A DNA stretch of 63,971 bases, counting the filler, from Vezdaea acicularis (taxonomy: Eukaryota), in the NCBI GenBank assembly GCA_026025075.1. It is 3 parts of 3 records of this genome, joined end to end, with 100 filler letters (N's around TTAATTAATTAA, not from the genome) between each part and the next. Parts side by side here need not be neighbours in the genome. Positions count along the whole stretch, not along the records: positions 1 to 27,599 come from JAPEUI010000174.1; 2 more parts are not named here. One strand, 5' to 3'. Of this stretch, positions 1-13,216 are shown in pieces. Each line of letters starts with the position of its first letter. Positions within the stretch are counted from its first letter, which is position 1. Both the position numbers and the translations under genes were made by a program. The notes beneath the pieces were generated by a model. That model did no database searches. It saw only the letters and a program-made list of their open reading frames with translations, and was not told the DNA's origin.

Positions 1-2719
1 GGCGGGGAGTTGATCGAGAGCACGAAGAGGTTCTGCGGCTCCATGAAGTCGGTGACTTGGCCGTGCTGTAGGAAGAGCGAGACGAGGCACACGATGTTCG
101 TGATGAAGACGAGGATCAGCACGACGTAGAAGATCTTCTGCCAGGGTTGGTTGCCGCCCGACGAGAAGGCCTGTGAGTGGACGGAGGCGTTGAAGGATTG
201 GTATTGGGGCGTCGTGAGTTGTGGGTTGGTCTGAGAGTAGTTCCAGTCGTGGACAAAGGGCGAGTTTTGCGTGCTGAGGAGGAGTGTATCGCCTGCTAGG
301 ACGGCGAGGACCTCGGCGGAAGATGGGAGCGTCGTGTCGAGGACGTAAGACGTCGGTTTGGACGTGGTCTTCGGGATGAATTCACTAAGCAGGCGGGCAT
401 TGCTGGCGTTGCCGTCCGTAATTCCGGCGTTCAAGCTTAGGGAATTTCCCCATTCGCTGGCAATGTTCTTCCAGTCGTTTTGGATCTCGCCGATTGGAGC
501 TTTGGGTTCAGACTTGATATACGCGAGCTTGTCGTTTGGATCTTCGCAGTGCGAATAGAGCATGCCCCCCGCGAGCGCCGCGTGATATCGTGTGGTGCAA
601 TGGGGCGTCAGAAAGGATCTCAGTGAGCACAATTCATACGGCTGGTCCATCGTCTTCGCGATATCAGGCGCTTTCGCCAATAGATAGATGCCGCCATCCG
701 CGTAGATGGTCGTTACATTGAGGAGCGTATTGAAGGCGATGGGTAACTTTTGAAATGTCGGAATCGTCTGATTTCCGGATCTGTCGAAGAGGAAAATGTC
801 GTCAACTACAGTCTTATTGCTCCACCCTCCATATTTGCCAGCCGCGATATATGCAGCAGTGTCGTTGGCGGTATTGTTGTCACTCCAGAGACTCCAGACG
901 AAAGGCTTGAGTTCCTCTTCCGTCAGACCAGCACACATGATATTCACAGTGGGTGACGGAACAGATGCGATGATCTCATACTCTCCCACGCCTGAAAGGT
1001 CCTCAGGCTGGATGATATACCGTGCGTTCAAGGGATCGCGTGCCGCAGCAAAGATCCCAGCATGTGGCATGGCCATGGTAAGATTGTGAAACCTCCGCTT
1101 CGCCTTGGTAGAAGTCTCCGTAAAGTTTTGGATGTTGATCCACGATCCATATATAGTAGTGTTATCAAAAAGAGTCCCTGGCGCCAGCGGTCGAAAGTGC
1201 AGATCATCTGAGCCTTGTCCAGACCCTCCAACCGTTGTCCAGTTGGACAAGAACGATGCATAGTTATGGAAAGCTTGACCAGCATGTTGTATTTCTAGGC
1301 TAATCGTCAGCTAGACCAAAAGCTCAAGATTATCATCACCTACGTAAGCATGTGGTTCCACTTGCAGAGCCGCCAGGTGTTGCTGGATTAGGATCATCTA
1401 ATGGCTGTATCGGGGTCTGACATTTCATCTCGACAAAGGCCGGATTCGCATACTTCGTCTGTACCTGACCCCAAAGCACTTGATCTCGAGGTTTATCCCA
1501 CTTCAATTGGGGAGCAACTGGGCGCGCATACGTTAGGAACAGAACGCTTTCAAGATTTGAGACTGGGGGTGTGGCATACCTAAAGCGTCTGCAGCTGTAG
1601 TGTAAAATATAGCAATCAAGGCAGCTGTCAAAGAAATCATACCCAGAAACGACAACGCTGCATATCGAACACTCTCCCAGTGAGTGATGAGCGTACCCGG
1701 CTGCATGATCCATTGCCTCATCGCCATTTCCGCGATAGTCACTCCTTTGGAGCCCTTCACGAAGGCTCGTCGGCTGAGCTCTTGGCCTAGGAAGGAAACA
1801 AATACAGTAACAAATGACAATTCAATAGTCTTTGCGAATAGCGTACTGAGCGTAGAGGCGGTTGATGGCGTCAGCTTTCCATTCGAGTGGATGCTTTGCC
1901 ACCGCGGGGCAATCAACGCTATTACTAGATAGACAGCTGACATTACTGTTGAACTGCATGTCTGTTAGTCTAACCTCGGGCATCGAACATGGGTGACGCT
2001 ACTATATGGAAAGTATGAAAATAGTAACAGATAACCAATTGCCCTTCCCATGCAATATGTTCTGGCGAGATCGGCATGTTGGATCTATCATTCGCGATTT
2101 CAGATTAGCTGCCGTTTAATCAATCAAAAGCGGATCTGAAAAAACTGGCCATACCGTCGCCTTTTAGTGATACACGCGAAGAAGCGACTCCATCATCCTG
2201 AGCAGAGAGGAACGAGTTGTGCAGAGACTGAGTGCTCGCTCTATGGCCCTTCGTCTCTGTCTGCTCAAGGTTTGGAGAACCGTGATATCCAGTGTCCTGT
2301 CCGAAGAAGACCTCTTCTCTGCCAACATGTGCTCGAAAGTTTGGGGACAGCAACGGGTCTGCAGACCCGGGCATGGACGGTGTGCTTAGATCTGAGCCAT
2401 AGGTCGGCGGAGATCTTGGACCCGGTCCGGATCCAGGAGCTTGTTGCAGGGAGGGCCCCCGACTATGCGTTGGGCCCTGCGCGCCACCACTTGATATCCC
2501 GAGTCCATGTGATGGTGAGAACCCTCCCAGATCTCCGTAGACACTCTCAGCAGGTGGTGCGGCTCCGTCTAGCAGACCCTGATTTTGATCTGAAGTCGAT
2601 CTTCGATATGCGTGTCGAGTGTGTACGGGGGAGGTCGGCGACGAAATCAGGGTAGGGTTTGATCCAATTGAGGCCTCGGAAACCTCCCGTCGCGGGATCC
2701 TGTTGTAGCCGTGCGACAT
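1..2719 (-). CDS. Conserved fungal multi-pass membrane protein of unknown function; multi-exon, 3' end runs off the left edge
   Basis: ATG at 2719 opens a Ser/Pro-rich N-terminus. GT-AG introns join it to hydrophobic exons (WLSVTIFILSIYSTVMSAVYLVIAL; AKTIELSFVTVFVSFLGQELSRRAF; WIMQPGTLITHWESVRYA) and then to a long luminal exon (NLTMAMPHAGI...) that appears to stay open to the window edge. Confidence 0.8.
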
Positions 2720-4299
2720 CAGATTCGTCTATCGCAAGCAGCGGCCGCCTGAGGCATGCGCTGCACTGTCTGAACGGTTGCAGTGGTCGCAACAGGACAG
2801 TTTGACGTCGTAGGGAGAGCAAGGGCGATACGACCAACGATTCGCCGCCAGCCTGGTTCGCTTGCACGGGTGCTCCCTAGCCTCGACAGTTGGTAGCCAA
2901 CGAGCGCAGTCTGTCGAAGACGCAAAATGCAAGAGTAACCAAGCTCGGAGAGTAAACGGGTCTTCGGGTCGTAAAGCGTGGAAGCGATCGTGGGTATGTC
3001 GCCGATGGTATATAGAGATGTGAAAATGCAGGTCGCATGCGCCCGGGCGCAGGCCTAAATGAAAGGTGTTGAAATTCCAGCTGTCCCGGCGGGGTCTACT
3101 CTTACGCCGCAAATCCTGGAAGGCTGTGGAGATGTCGCAACCTTCATGGCTGGGCCCTTGGCTCGCCGCGATCCTTTTTTAGGAAAGCCAAGGCGCACAC
3201 GTCCAGACCAGTCAGGCCTCACGCCGACCGAGAGCCGCATATGCAGCCAATAAGAAACGTATCCGGTTCCTCGAGGACGGTAAACTCAACCAATGAAGCC
3301 ACCGACTCGATGTGGCAAAGTGAGGGCATCGCTTTGGCAAAGGGCTTGAGACGTCCTTCCAAACACAACATTGCATCGGCTGATCCTCCGCGTCCTGAGC
3401 GGAACAGATCCAGAGAGAAATTCTCGGTGCTTTCGCGTCAAAAGAGAGCATGCAGGCATGAAGGCCCGCCGGAACGTTTCACATGAACGGCCCATCCCAT
3501 GCACAAGGAAGTCTTTGAGCGTTTCGTCATTCCATGCTCTTGTTGCCCGCTTGCCAAGTATTTGAGCAGCGAATGGAATTACAATTTCTGGAGGACTAGA
3601 GTGCGAGGGCGGCGTGGTCGACATAACCGAGACGGTGGTCTTCTCCGCTTTCTGGCCGTTAGGTAAGCCGCGGGTAGGGCAAGAGGTGAGAGCTAATTAT
3701 ATAAACTTCTGACACGAAACACGCCCTCTCCGCGATGAGGGTAGACGGGATTCTAGAGGGTTGTCTTGTTGTTTCTCGTGATGCGGGCAATCGGCCCCAG
3801 CAGACTTCTGGGTTTCGAGGAAATGGTGGAGGGCGAGGAGTCCTGATTGGCGAGCCGGAGCTGAGGCTGTAGATTATTCCGCCGCCCTTCTGTAAATAGA
3901 TCAGCACCTCGACCAGTTTGTATAGAGATCAGTCGAATATGCATACTTCAGAGGAGAAACCGTCAGCGGAGAACGCAAGTCATGTTGGTTATCGTACGGC
4001 TGTGGCCCATAATCGACCGCAAACGCCATTGAGCTCTGTGCGTAAACCTGCCTTTGATGTAAGGTTTGCACGCAAGGTAGTCATCGCCAGAGCTGGAAGG
4101 CTATAGTAGCCGTAATCCATCTTTTAATAAGTGAAGTTGGCCGAGCTTAAGAGTCAACAAGGCTATTCATCTAATTATAGTAGTTTAGCAGGTTTCATCC
4201 AATGCTATGCACCTATGAGAAAAGTCCGCACAATAGAAGGTCAAAAGTTCGAGGCTCGGAAAACCGCCGGACACGGATCTTACTCAGACCCACCTAAAC

Positions 4300-5826
4300 A
4301 TGACTTCTCCACCTCCATCTCCTCCCCTTCCGCCCTCGGAAGAGATCGCCCTCGCAGCTTCCACCCACAACATTCTCCTCCTGAAAGCCCTCCTTAACTC
4401 CGACTCTTCCCTAGTAAACTTCCAAGATCCTGAGACCGGATATACGCCTCTGCACTGGGCGATTTTAGGATGCATCTCTTCCGATCTGTCGAAGCCTGTA
4501 GAGGCATTGAAGGCAGAGAGAATACTGGGAGAAGGCATAAAAACGGAGAAGGATCAAATAGAAGAATTAAGGCACAATGGAGAGAGAACGCTCGAGAATG
4601 GGCTCGCTGGGGACCCAACCCGCGCGTTAGAGCACGCAGCTAAGGGGACGACAGCAGCAACAAGCTCCGACCATGGACTCAGCGCAGACTCACAAACCGC
4701 ACTAGCACCCCCAGACGGAATTTCCGCTACAGAAGGTGTACCGGCCGGCGCTACAGAAGAGGACCTCGAAAGCGGCCGCGAGACAGTCAAGCTCCTCCTC
4801 GCCAATGGCGCCATCTGGAACGACTTGGATGTGCGCGACGAAACGCCCGGATGCCTCGCGCACCGCCTTGGCCTGTCCGAGATCTATGAGCTTATCGTCG
4901 AGGCCGGCGTGCGCGCTGAGCTGCTCCTGGGGCTTCTGGAAGGCTATGCGCCGCTTGGGGATAAGGATAGTGAGGACGAAGAGGACGAGGACGACGGTGG
5001 CAGAGAGGACGTGAAAGGAGAAGAAAAGGACGAGAACGGAGAAGCCGATAAATTCAACCACGCCAAATCCTCTCAACGAGATGACGAAGAAAAACCCATC
5101 CCCTCCAATATCACCAACCCCCCGACCACCAGCGACCCCACCCCCGAAACCTACCTCACCAACCCGCTCCACCCATCCTCCACCCCAAACGCCCTCCTCG
5201 ACACCTCCCTGAACCCGATCATGATGTCCTGGGAAACCCCCATCATGTCCCTCAGCGCCTCCCTCCTCCTCCCCCGCCCGGGTCTCCGCGTCCTAAACAT
5301 CGGCTTCGGGCTAGGCATCATCGACCGCTGCATCCAATCTTACTCTCCCTCTACGCACCACATAATCGAAGCCCACCCCTCGGTCCTAACCTCTCCCCTC
5401 CTCTCCCCCTTCCGCGCAAACCCAACCTGCACCATCCACGCCGGCAAATGGCAACACGTCCTCCCCTTACTGATCGACCAGGGCCTCCAATTCGACGCCG
5501 TCTACTACGACACCTTCGCCGAGAGCTATGCGGAGTTTAAAATCTTTTTCGAGCAGTGGCTTTCCCCTCTGTTGGCGGACGGCGCCCGGTGGGCTTTTTT
5601 CCATGGCGCAGGCGCCGACAGGAGGGTTTGTTATGACGTGTATACGCGTGTGGCGGAGATGGATCTGGGGAAGGCCGGGTGGGGCGTTGAGTGGCATGAT
5701 GTCCCGGTTAGAGAGGAAGGGGAGGAGGGGATGGGTGGACAGGAGGCAGGCAGGTGGGAGGGCATGAGGAGGCCGTATTGGGTATTGGATACCTACCGTC
5801 TGCCTCTTTGCACGGCGCTTGAATGA
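4300..5826 (+). CDS. RMT2: Protein arginine N-methyltransferase 2 (ankyrin-like N-terminus plus GAMT-like SAM methyltransferase)
   Basis: 508-aa ORF with TPLHWAI, LLANGAIWNDLD..ETPGC, MMSWETPIM, VLNIGFGLGIID (SAM motif I), HHIIEAHP, FDAVYYDTFAESY and RRPYW..DTYRLP. Confidence 0.93.
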   Translation: MTSPPPSPPLPPSEEIALAASTHNILLLKALLNSDSSLVNFQDPETGYTPLHWAILGCISSDLSKPVEALKAERILGEGIKTEKDQIEELRHNGERTLENGLAGDPTRALEHAAKGTTAATSSDHGLSADSQTALAPPDGISATEGVPAGATEEDLESGRETVKLLLANGAIWNDLDVRDETPGCLAHRLGLSEIYELIVEAGVRAELLLGLLEGYAPLGDKDSEDEEDEDDGGREDVKGEEKDENGEADKFNHAKSSQRDDEEKPIPSNITNPPTTSDPTPETYLTNPLHPSSTPNALLDTSLNPIMMSWETPIMSLSASLLLPRPGLRVLNIGFGLGIIDRCIQSYSPSTHHIIEAHPSVLTSPLLSPFRANPTCTIHAGKWQHVLPLLIDQGLQFDAVYYDTFAESYAEFKIFFEQWLSPLLADGARWAFFHGAGADRRVCYDVYTRVAEMDLGKAGWGVEWHDVPVREEGEEGMGGQEAGRWEGMRRPYWVLDTYRLPLCTALE

Positions 5827-8224
5827 ACGGAGGGGGTGGTGAGCTTGGGGTCCGCGGTAGGGTATAAGCGCTCCAGTGCGGTTCAGGGGCGGGGAAAGAG
5901 AGAGCTCAAGATTTGTGCTGTGGGACTCTGATTCTTGTGTTTTGCTCTCTTTCTCTTGAGTTACTCGACGGGCCTCAGAACAGCTTGGTCGCGGGGACAA
6001 TCAAGTCCCAGCATGATCGCGCGGCCGACCCAATCCGGGATGAATCCGGGATGGGAGGCGGGCGATCCCGTTCAGGCTGAAAGCGGAAGAAAAAGGAGCA
6101 GCATTAGCACAACGAAGTCTAAGGCAACGACAACGCATAAAACTGTAGAGATGGCAACAAGATCGCTTGATGCTCCGATGTATTTTCAAGATGTGCTCTA
6201 TGGAATTCTTAATATGCTTGCAGGTCCGGGACACTGGGCTTGGAGGTCGTCGGGCGCTATGTCGTGAGTGTGCAACAAGCTTCCCGGTAGCCAAGGATCT
6301 AAGGCCTTGTCCGGTCGACGCTCGCGAACAGCGTCGTCGCACAACAAAGTCCCGAAGACGAGCCTCGAGACGGATCGTCGCATACGAGATCTCCGGGCGC
6401 TCAACTGTTCCCGTAACTTGCCTATCCAGAATACGACATGATGCCTGATCCCGCAACGATTTGACGCGCAAAGCAGACGTTCGTCGTCGCCAAAAGGGAA
6501 AATGTGTAGCCCATCTAATTCCGCGCTAACCTCGCCGTGATGAAGCTCCAAGGGGACCCGGGAAAGCTTAATGTACGGGTGACTGGAATGAGGCGGTGTG
6601 ATTTCGCATCTCTCCCCTTTTCCTCTAGAGGTTTGTGGTGGTTCACGGCACGGGTCGTTGGCGGAGACGCCAGGCACAGATGATTGAGTGGGGATCTGCT
6701 CACGGCATTATCCTGGAAAGCGCACCGGTGGGGCACCTGAGCTCGGGGGGTGGGTGTTCCTGATGATGCGCCTGTCAGGTGGAGCCACGGTTGAGCGTGA
6801 AGAGTTTTGGGGAGAGTGCGCACGTCATGAAAGAATGCACACGGATCCGTCTCGAGAGATGGTGATGCTGGATCCGATATTACTCTCGAGCATGGGGAAA
6901 AGAAGGGCTGGATGGCGCGAAAGTCAGTCATGGACCAGGCACTGGCAGCGATCTGGTTGTGATGTGATCCGCCTTGCCCCTAGTCCGCCGCGAGCGAGGC
7001 CGGACTTTCGCTCGCCGATTTCCCCGACCAGGAAGTTCGCTGATTGGCTGGCCTCGACCGGGCCAATCAGCCCGCGCGGCGAGAAAAAGGAGACGCGGCC
7101 TTGGCTACAGTAGCCTCCGCCGGCATTTCATCTGCGGCGGGACTCGAGTACATTATGCTACAGCACGTCTGACAGTGCTCACGCAAGGCGTACATGGATG
7201 CAGTCGGTCAATCCATCGCGAGCTGTATTGAACTGCTGTACGCTATCGACGGTCGACCGAGGCGGGCTGATAGGCGCATGGACGACGCACGAGCGGGCAC
7301 TCAATCAGGGCCCAGCCTGCTCGTTCGGGGCTTCCAGACGGCCACCGCCAGGTGTTTCGCGACGCGCCACCATCCGGAGAAAGAGGGTGTCGCTGGGTCT
7401 ATCAGGACCCCCCAACCAGTTCGACGGGCGACGAAAGTAAAGTGCCCCAGCCAGAGGGGGGGGCGAGATCGCTCGTCCGCCGTGGTCCCGTCCGCTCCCA
7501 TTCGCCGGATTCCGCCGCCCTTCGAGGCCCGCGCATCTTCCGCGCCACGCCCCAATGGCGGAGGGAGATCGCGCCGATGATTTCCTCTCGCGCTCCGCTC
7601 ATCAGCAGCGTGACAGGGGCGAAGGGCAGCGACGCGACCGGGGGCTGCTGCAGCGCGCGGGACTTCGCTTAGGACAGGGGAGCTCGTTTGGGCCTTAGCG
7701 CACCGCTAGAGACGCTAGCGCGTGCAGGGTCGCCGCACACCCCTCGCAGCTGCCCTGAACTCATCAGAAGTGACAGCAAGAGCGATGCAGGCCCGCGGAG
7801 AGCGAGAGCGAGAGAGAGTGAGAGAGAGTGAGGCCTCGACGCTGGCTGGCTGCATCTAGCAGTAGGGACGTGGTTGGCCGCTCTTTCCTCTCTCGAATCA
7901 GCTCGTCCTCTTATCGTCGGGTCCGGCACTCCCAATCCACCCACGATCTGCGATCGAAACCTTCTCCCTTACTCCAGAGCAGCCCAGCTCGACTGTTCGT
8001 CCCCTCACTCACTCTTTCTTTCTTGACCACACACTCCACCGTCTGGACCCTTTTGTGACTTCTCGCAACACTCGCTGGCACGAGCACTGCCAGATCCGTC
8101 CGCAGAGCCAGCCTCACGTTCGTTGCAATCCCAATTCCCATCCCGATACACCCCCTCGCGTCTCGGTCCCATCGCCACATCCGTCCATCGCTCCTGAAAC
8201 AGCTGGTATACCTTATCGGCCACC

Positions 8225-10946
8225 ATGTCCGTCCAGGATGAGACGTCCGGCAACATCATCGCCCTCGAGGGCGACGTGGGAACCATCACGACCCAACTGA
8301 GGCTCCTACCGCCTTCCTCCAAGATCCTGACCCTCCCTTCCTTTTCCTCGGCGCTGAAGGCGACCACCACCACCACCACCACCGACGAGACGTTCGATGT
8401 GCGTGGCTATGTTCGCAATGTTCACGAGACATTCACCAAGCGATGTGAGCACGCTCGCAAGTTCCTTCGATCCTCGACCAGCTCCCAGCCGAGACTGGTC
8501 TTCATGAATGGCGGTTGTGTCAGCGCACGCACCGCTTGCATCACCAAGATAACCGAGGAGATGGCGGGCGGGGACGTTCAGGACGGTGAGCGGATATTCG
8601 ACGCTTTGGTCAGGCGCGGTGTAGCCGGTCTATACGACGCCGAACCTTTCACAATCGCCGAGGAACCCAATACCGAGGAGATCACCGTCGGCTTGGAGAA
8701 TAAGGTCCTCCAGGAGGAACCTGCATCGATAGAGTCTCAGAAGCATAAGGAAGGTCCCACACCCGCAGACCCACCCTCTAGGTCACCAATGGAGGCCTTT
8801 CACGATGCAGAGTCACACGCTCACAAGTTCGAGATGAGCATCAAGGACGGCATGGTCGCGAAGCCAACCAAAACCGAAGCGTTCCCAGAGATCCCCGACG
8901 ACAATCTCACATCTGGCTCTCGCGCGTCGTTCGAGAAGCGCACGTCGTTCGGCTCATACGACCATGATAACACGTCAGATGTTGGCGAGGATGATGGTAT
9001 ATTCGAAGAAGCAGAGGAGCATTCGGAGGTTGAGAAGGTGCAATATGGGAAGGCCTTGGTGGTTCACGTGAGGAAGGGGAGCAGTAACAGTAGCTTGCGG
9101 AGGAGCCGCTCGATGGACAGAGTGGCCGAAGCGGATACCTTTGAGAACTTGACTCCAACCATCCGGCGTGTGCGGTCAGCCGAGTTCCAGAGAACGACGG
9201 AAAAGCCGTTGCTTCGACGTGGATCGAGCTGGGACGCGCTTCCACGAACGGTGTATGTACGGAGAGGCTCAAGGGACAAGGATATCAAGCCGCTCTACGT
9301 TGACCAAGGGACGAATCCAATCCACGAAGACACGCCCGCAGCGCCTTTCGAGCCAGTCTTCCCCCTGGTTGAAGATCTGATCATCAATTTCTCAGACGGC
9401 ATAGCCTACGAGTTGTTTGATGCTGTCATTCGCTCCTACAAGGACGGCTCTTATCCAAAGCGACCCGGAGCTCAGTCACGGCCTTCGGTGCCCAGCAGTC
9501 CCACCTTCTCACAGCATTTCGACGAAATTCGACCACAATCGACTGCGACGGTTGAGACGGATGATGAAGGCTACCATAGCCCCAATGAAGTCAACCCTTA
9601 TACCGTAGCACTCGGCGACGGACAGGCGCAATGGCCGAAGAGGGTCACGTCGAAAGCGTTTCCAAACATGCTTTCGGTGCAATCACCCCCTACCCCCGCA
9701 ACTACGCCGCCGCCCCACGCCCACTCCAGCACAAGCTTCCAGAAGTTCGTCGAGTTCTCGCCCTTGAACATCAAGACGCCTCTGGGTGTGCAAAACTCGT
9801 TTAGGACATTACTAGCTCAGAGATTCCCACCGGCGTTGGGCTACAAGCAGCTGTTGTATGCCTCGGAAACGGATAGATTCTGGAAGCCGGTACTGCGGAT
9901 TGACGAGGGGTATGGTAATGAAGGCCGTACAGTCGATCAAATAATCGCTATCGGCTATGCTGAGCGAGTGAACAAAGACCTATTCCATATGGTCAGCGGC
10001 CAGATTGAGCGTGTGGGCGCCAAGCGCAGCGGGCTTAGCAAGAGTGCCACAATCGATATCAGGTATTTCTTAGACAAATAGATGTGAGATGGATTAAGCT
10101 AACAGGAGACGTAGATATCTCGTTTCGACTGCTCTTCAGAGTATCGCACAGCAATCGCCTGCAGACGAAAAGGCATCCGATCCCATGGCTTATCCAGCTG
10201 TGCTTGCAGAGCTCCTTGTCCCCCATCTCGAGGCCTACTTGGCTGGCAACGAGCTCGCCCGGCTGTTGGTCCTCAAATACGACCCAGCGATGCTCCCGAC
10301 CGTTCTCGAGCTGCGCAGGATCATCGGCGAAGACGCATTCAAGGTGGCCGGAATTGTGGATTCCTCTGGAGATCCCCGAGTCGCCGTGCCTCCGACCAAT
10401 ATGCTGAGCAACGAGGGCACGTCAATGCTCAACGCCCGCAGTCGCTTCAGCGGCAATTACAGGTATAACAGCTCGGGAAGCATTCGTAGCTCGGCCGTGC
10501 CTCAGAAACGGACAGAGGAGCTTCTTCCGAAAGCGAATTTCCTTCTCTCGTCGACGGCTAGTGAGAACGAAATCAACGAGTTCGTCGCTAGCATTCGAAA
10601 GGTCGTGTCGGCCAAGAACTCCTTCTTCGAGCCGGAAGCAGAACCCGTGGTTGCTCCTACGCCGATACAGGCACCCCCTCCGATTCCAGCGTCGACGGTC
10701 CAACAACGTGGTCCACGTGCAAGGTCTCGATCGAAGACGGCTTCGTCACGACCCAAGGAACTACTACTAGAACGACCGGAAACGCCACCGAGGACGCCGG
10801 GCGCCGCCGCGGTCGATCCGTGGGAAGGCTTCGTCGACAGTGACGACGATGAGATGGACCGCATCTTCATGCCGCTTGTGCCGATGAAGGGAATGCCGCG
10901 GAAGGGCAACTCGAGGAAGGCTTTGAAGTGGCTCGGTCTTGCCTAG
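8225..10946 (+). CDS. Conserved fungal hypothetical protein, two exons (intron 10063-10114)
   Basis: The 618-aa and 253-aa ORFs join in frame through GTATTT...GCTAAC...TAG. N-terminus IIALEGD..TITTQLRLLP and C-terminus KGNSRKALKWLGLA. Confidence 0.8.
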
Positions 10947-11825
10947 GATTTCAGCTAAACTGTGCTAATTTAGTCTCATGGGAATGTTTTTAAAAAAAAT
11001 AAGGACGCTCGGTGGCTGGCTGGAAAAGCTCTTTTTTTTTTCTCGGCCGGTGTTTGTCTTGTTTAGTTTTATTTGCTTCATCTGTTGCTATACCATGGCT
11101 TCCTTGCCCCCTCCCCTTTACACGTTGGGCGTGTTTTCTCCAATGTCATGACTCAACCTCTTTTCTTCCCTTCTTTTTTCTGCAGGCACGTTGCTTAGCA
11201 CCCGATGCCCCTCCTTTCCCTCAAAAACCCAAGTCGCTTTATAATGGCACTCGGCGATGTCCTTGGGTCGGACAGTGGCCTAGAGCTGGAGCAGTAGCCG
11301 TGTCTCCTTTTGCATGTAGATAGATAGATGCCTCTTAGCTAAAGCCGGCGCTTTACGTAGTTGGCTAGCTGAAGTCGAGCACTCGCCTCTAGTAATTGAA
11401 AACAGATGTGGAATACTTCGTTCAGTGAGCTGGTGAACAACGTGATGTTTTTTTTCTTTTCAGCTGGTTAGATTAGATCAGGATTAGATTCTGGATAAGG
11501 GCGTGGGCAGTGGGGGGGGGAGGACTTCTTTCTGCCGGGCGGTGAGGCGATGAGCTTGATGGAACTTCGGTCGCGTCTTGGACTGAGATGCGCACATCCC
11601 CCACCCCCGTTGCTATACAGCTAGGCTCACCTTCCCTGTTTGACTTCCCCTCCATTCGATGGTCTATTTCTTCTGACACACCTCTGCATAGCCCTCAGAT
11701 TTTGATTCCGATTCCGATCGGCAGATCACGCCCGCGCGCACCTCCAGTGCACATCCCACAGATCCCGGCATCCTCCACCTCCTCCGCTATCCTCCGCCCT
11801 CCCCCGCTCTCCCCATCCGCGGTAG

Positions 11826-13038
11826 ATGGTGGAGATGTATTCTCTCGCCGACACAATAGCGTACCTCCCCCCTCCCCCTCTCAATCCCCTCCCTCGTCCT
11901 CCGCCTCCAAGCTCCCGGGCCTCCTCTCGCGCCAAAAAGTCCCTTGCTGATCTCTTCAACGCAGTATCTCCCGCGCAGAGCTCACCTCCTCTATACCACC
12001 CAGCCCAAGCCAAGTTTCTTCCGATAGGGAGGATGAGGCCCTACGGGCACTGCTTCGCGCGCGAGTAGCCGCGGGGATACAACTCGTTCCCCCAGCTCCA
12101 TCGGTGCCGCATACAGGCACAGCCACAGGTACAGACCCAGACATAGGCCTGGCCATACCTCAAAGCGAGTCAGCGAAGGAGGAAAAGGAGGATAGCTATC
12201 CCTTCCACCTCTTCCACCCTTCCTCCCATGGCGCGACGAGCGCATACGCAAACGCGAATACGAACACAAACCTGCATATCCTCCTCTCAGAACTAAAGGA
12301 CGAGACCGAGCTTAACCGAGGAAGTGGAGGGTTTTTGCGCGGGAGGGAGAAGGAGTGGTATTTCTGGGACGACGACGCTGCTGCTGAAGAAGGAGAAGAG
12401 GATGAGGATGGGGGAGGAGGGGGGGAAAGGGAGAGGGAGAGGAAAAGTTTGAGGAGGAGAGGCAGGGGATGGAGAGGAGAGTGGGTGGAGGGTGGGACTG
12501 CGGTTAGTGGGGGGCAGGTCAGGGAGGGGGCGGGGGGGAAGTGGGTTAGTAACTTATCCCTCTCCTTCCTTGTCTCGTTGTCGGTTTTCGCTGGCCTGGT
12601 GGCTAGCAGCAAAGCGAACGGATGGACGAAGACGTGCTAATAGTATTGGGCGTATAGCCAGGTACCGCGCTCCCCTGGCGCGTCATCACTCTTCCCCTCC
12701 TCCCCCTTTCCCAAAAATCCACGCAAAAAGCCAGAGCTCTACACACCCACACCCTCCCCACAAACATTCAGCAACACAAACATCCCCGTCCCCGACCAAG
12801 CAAACCCCGCCGCATCAAACTCCGCCAACGACTGCGCGCAGAAGCGGAGATGAAAGCGCAGAGGCAGGCGAAGAGGGAGGAAGAAGAGAAGGAGAAGGAG
12901 CTGGCGAGGGTGGAGAAACGGAGGAGGTTGAATCGGGGCAAGAAGGTTAGGAGGAGGGGGAAAGGGAAGGTTGGGAAAGGGGAGAAGGGTAGGAAGGAAG
13001 GAGAAGGAGAGGGGAGTGGAGAAAGGGTGGCCGAGTGA
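11826..13038 (+). CDS. DUF2011-like fungal protein, three exons (introns 11861-11964 and 12545-12657)
   Basis: Intron phases checked by hand. The spliced product reads MVEMYSLADTIAISRAEL...YPFHLF...GGFLRGREKEWYFW...AVSGGQV...W/PGTALPWRV...RPSKPRRIKLR...EKRRRLNRGKKVRRR, which matches the recalled DUF2011 motif order. Confidence 0.7.
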
Positions 13039-13216
13039 GGGAGTCGGAGAGGAGAACCTCTCTCCACGAGGGGAACAACCAATATATTGACCTAGCATCG
13101 GCCCAAGAGTGCAATATCACGCCGTATACTCCCAGCTTATATACAGCCCCCATTCAGCCTCCTTTTCCCCCATTCCCCAGCACCAACCACCTCCCTCTCC
13201 TCCCCCCCGCAACACC

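Noticed and set aside
3055..3624. 112-aa minus-strand ORF (3286-3624) and neighbours upstream of the first gene
   Set aside because: No recognisable motif or convincing splice model. It may be UTR or a uORF, but a gene call is not supported.
5900..8200. Many overlapping 60-160 aa ORFs and a (GA)n tract near 7800-7830
   Set aside because: GC-rich intergenic/promoter DNA giving chance ORFs; the microsatellite is ordinary.
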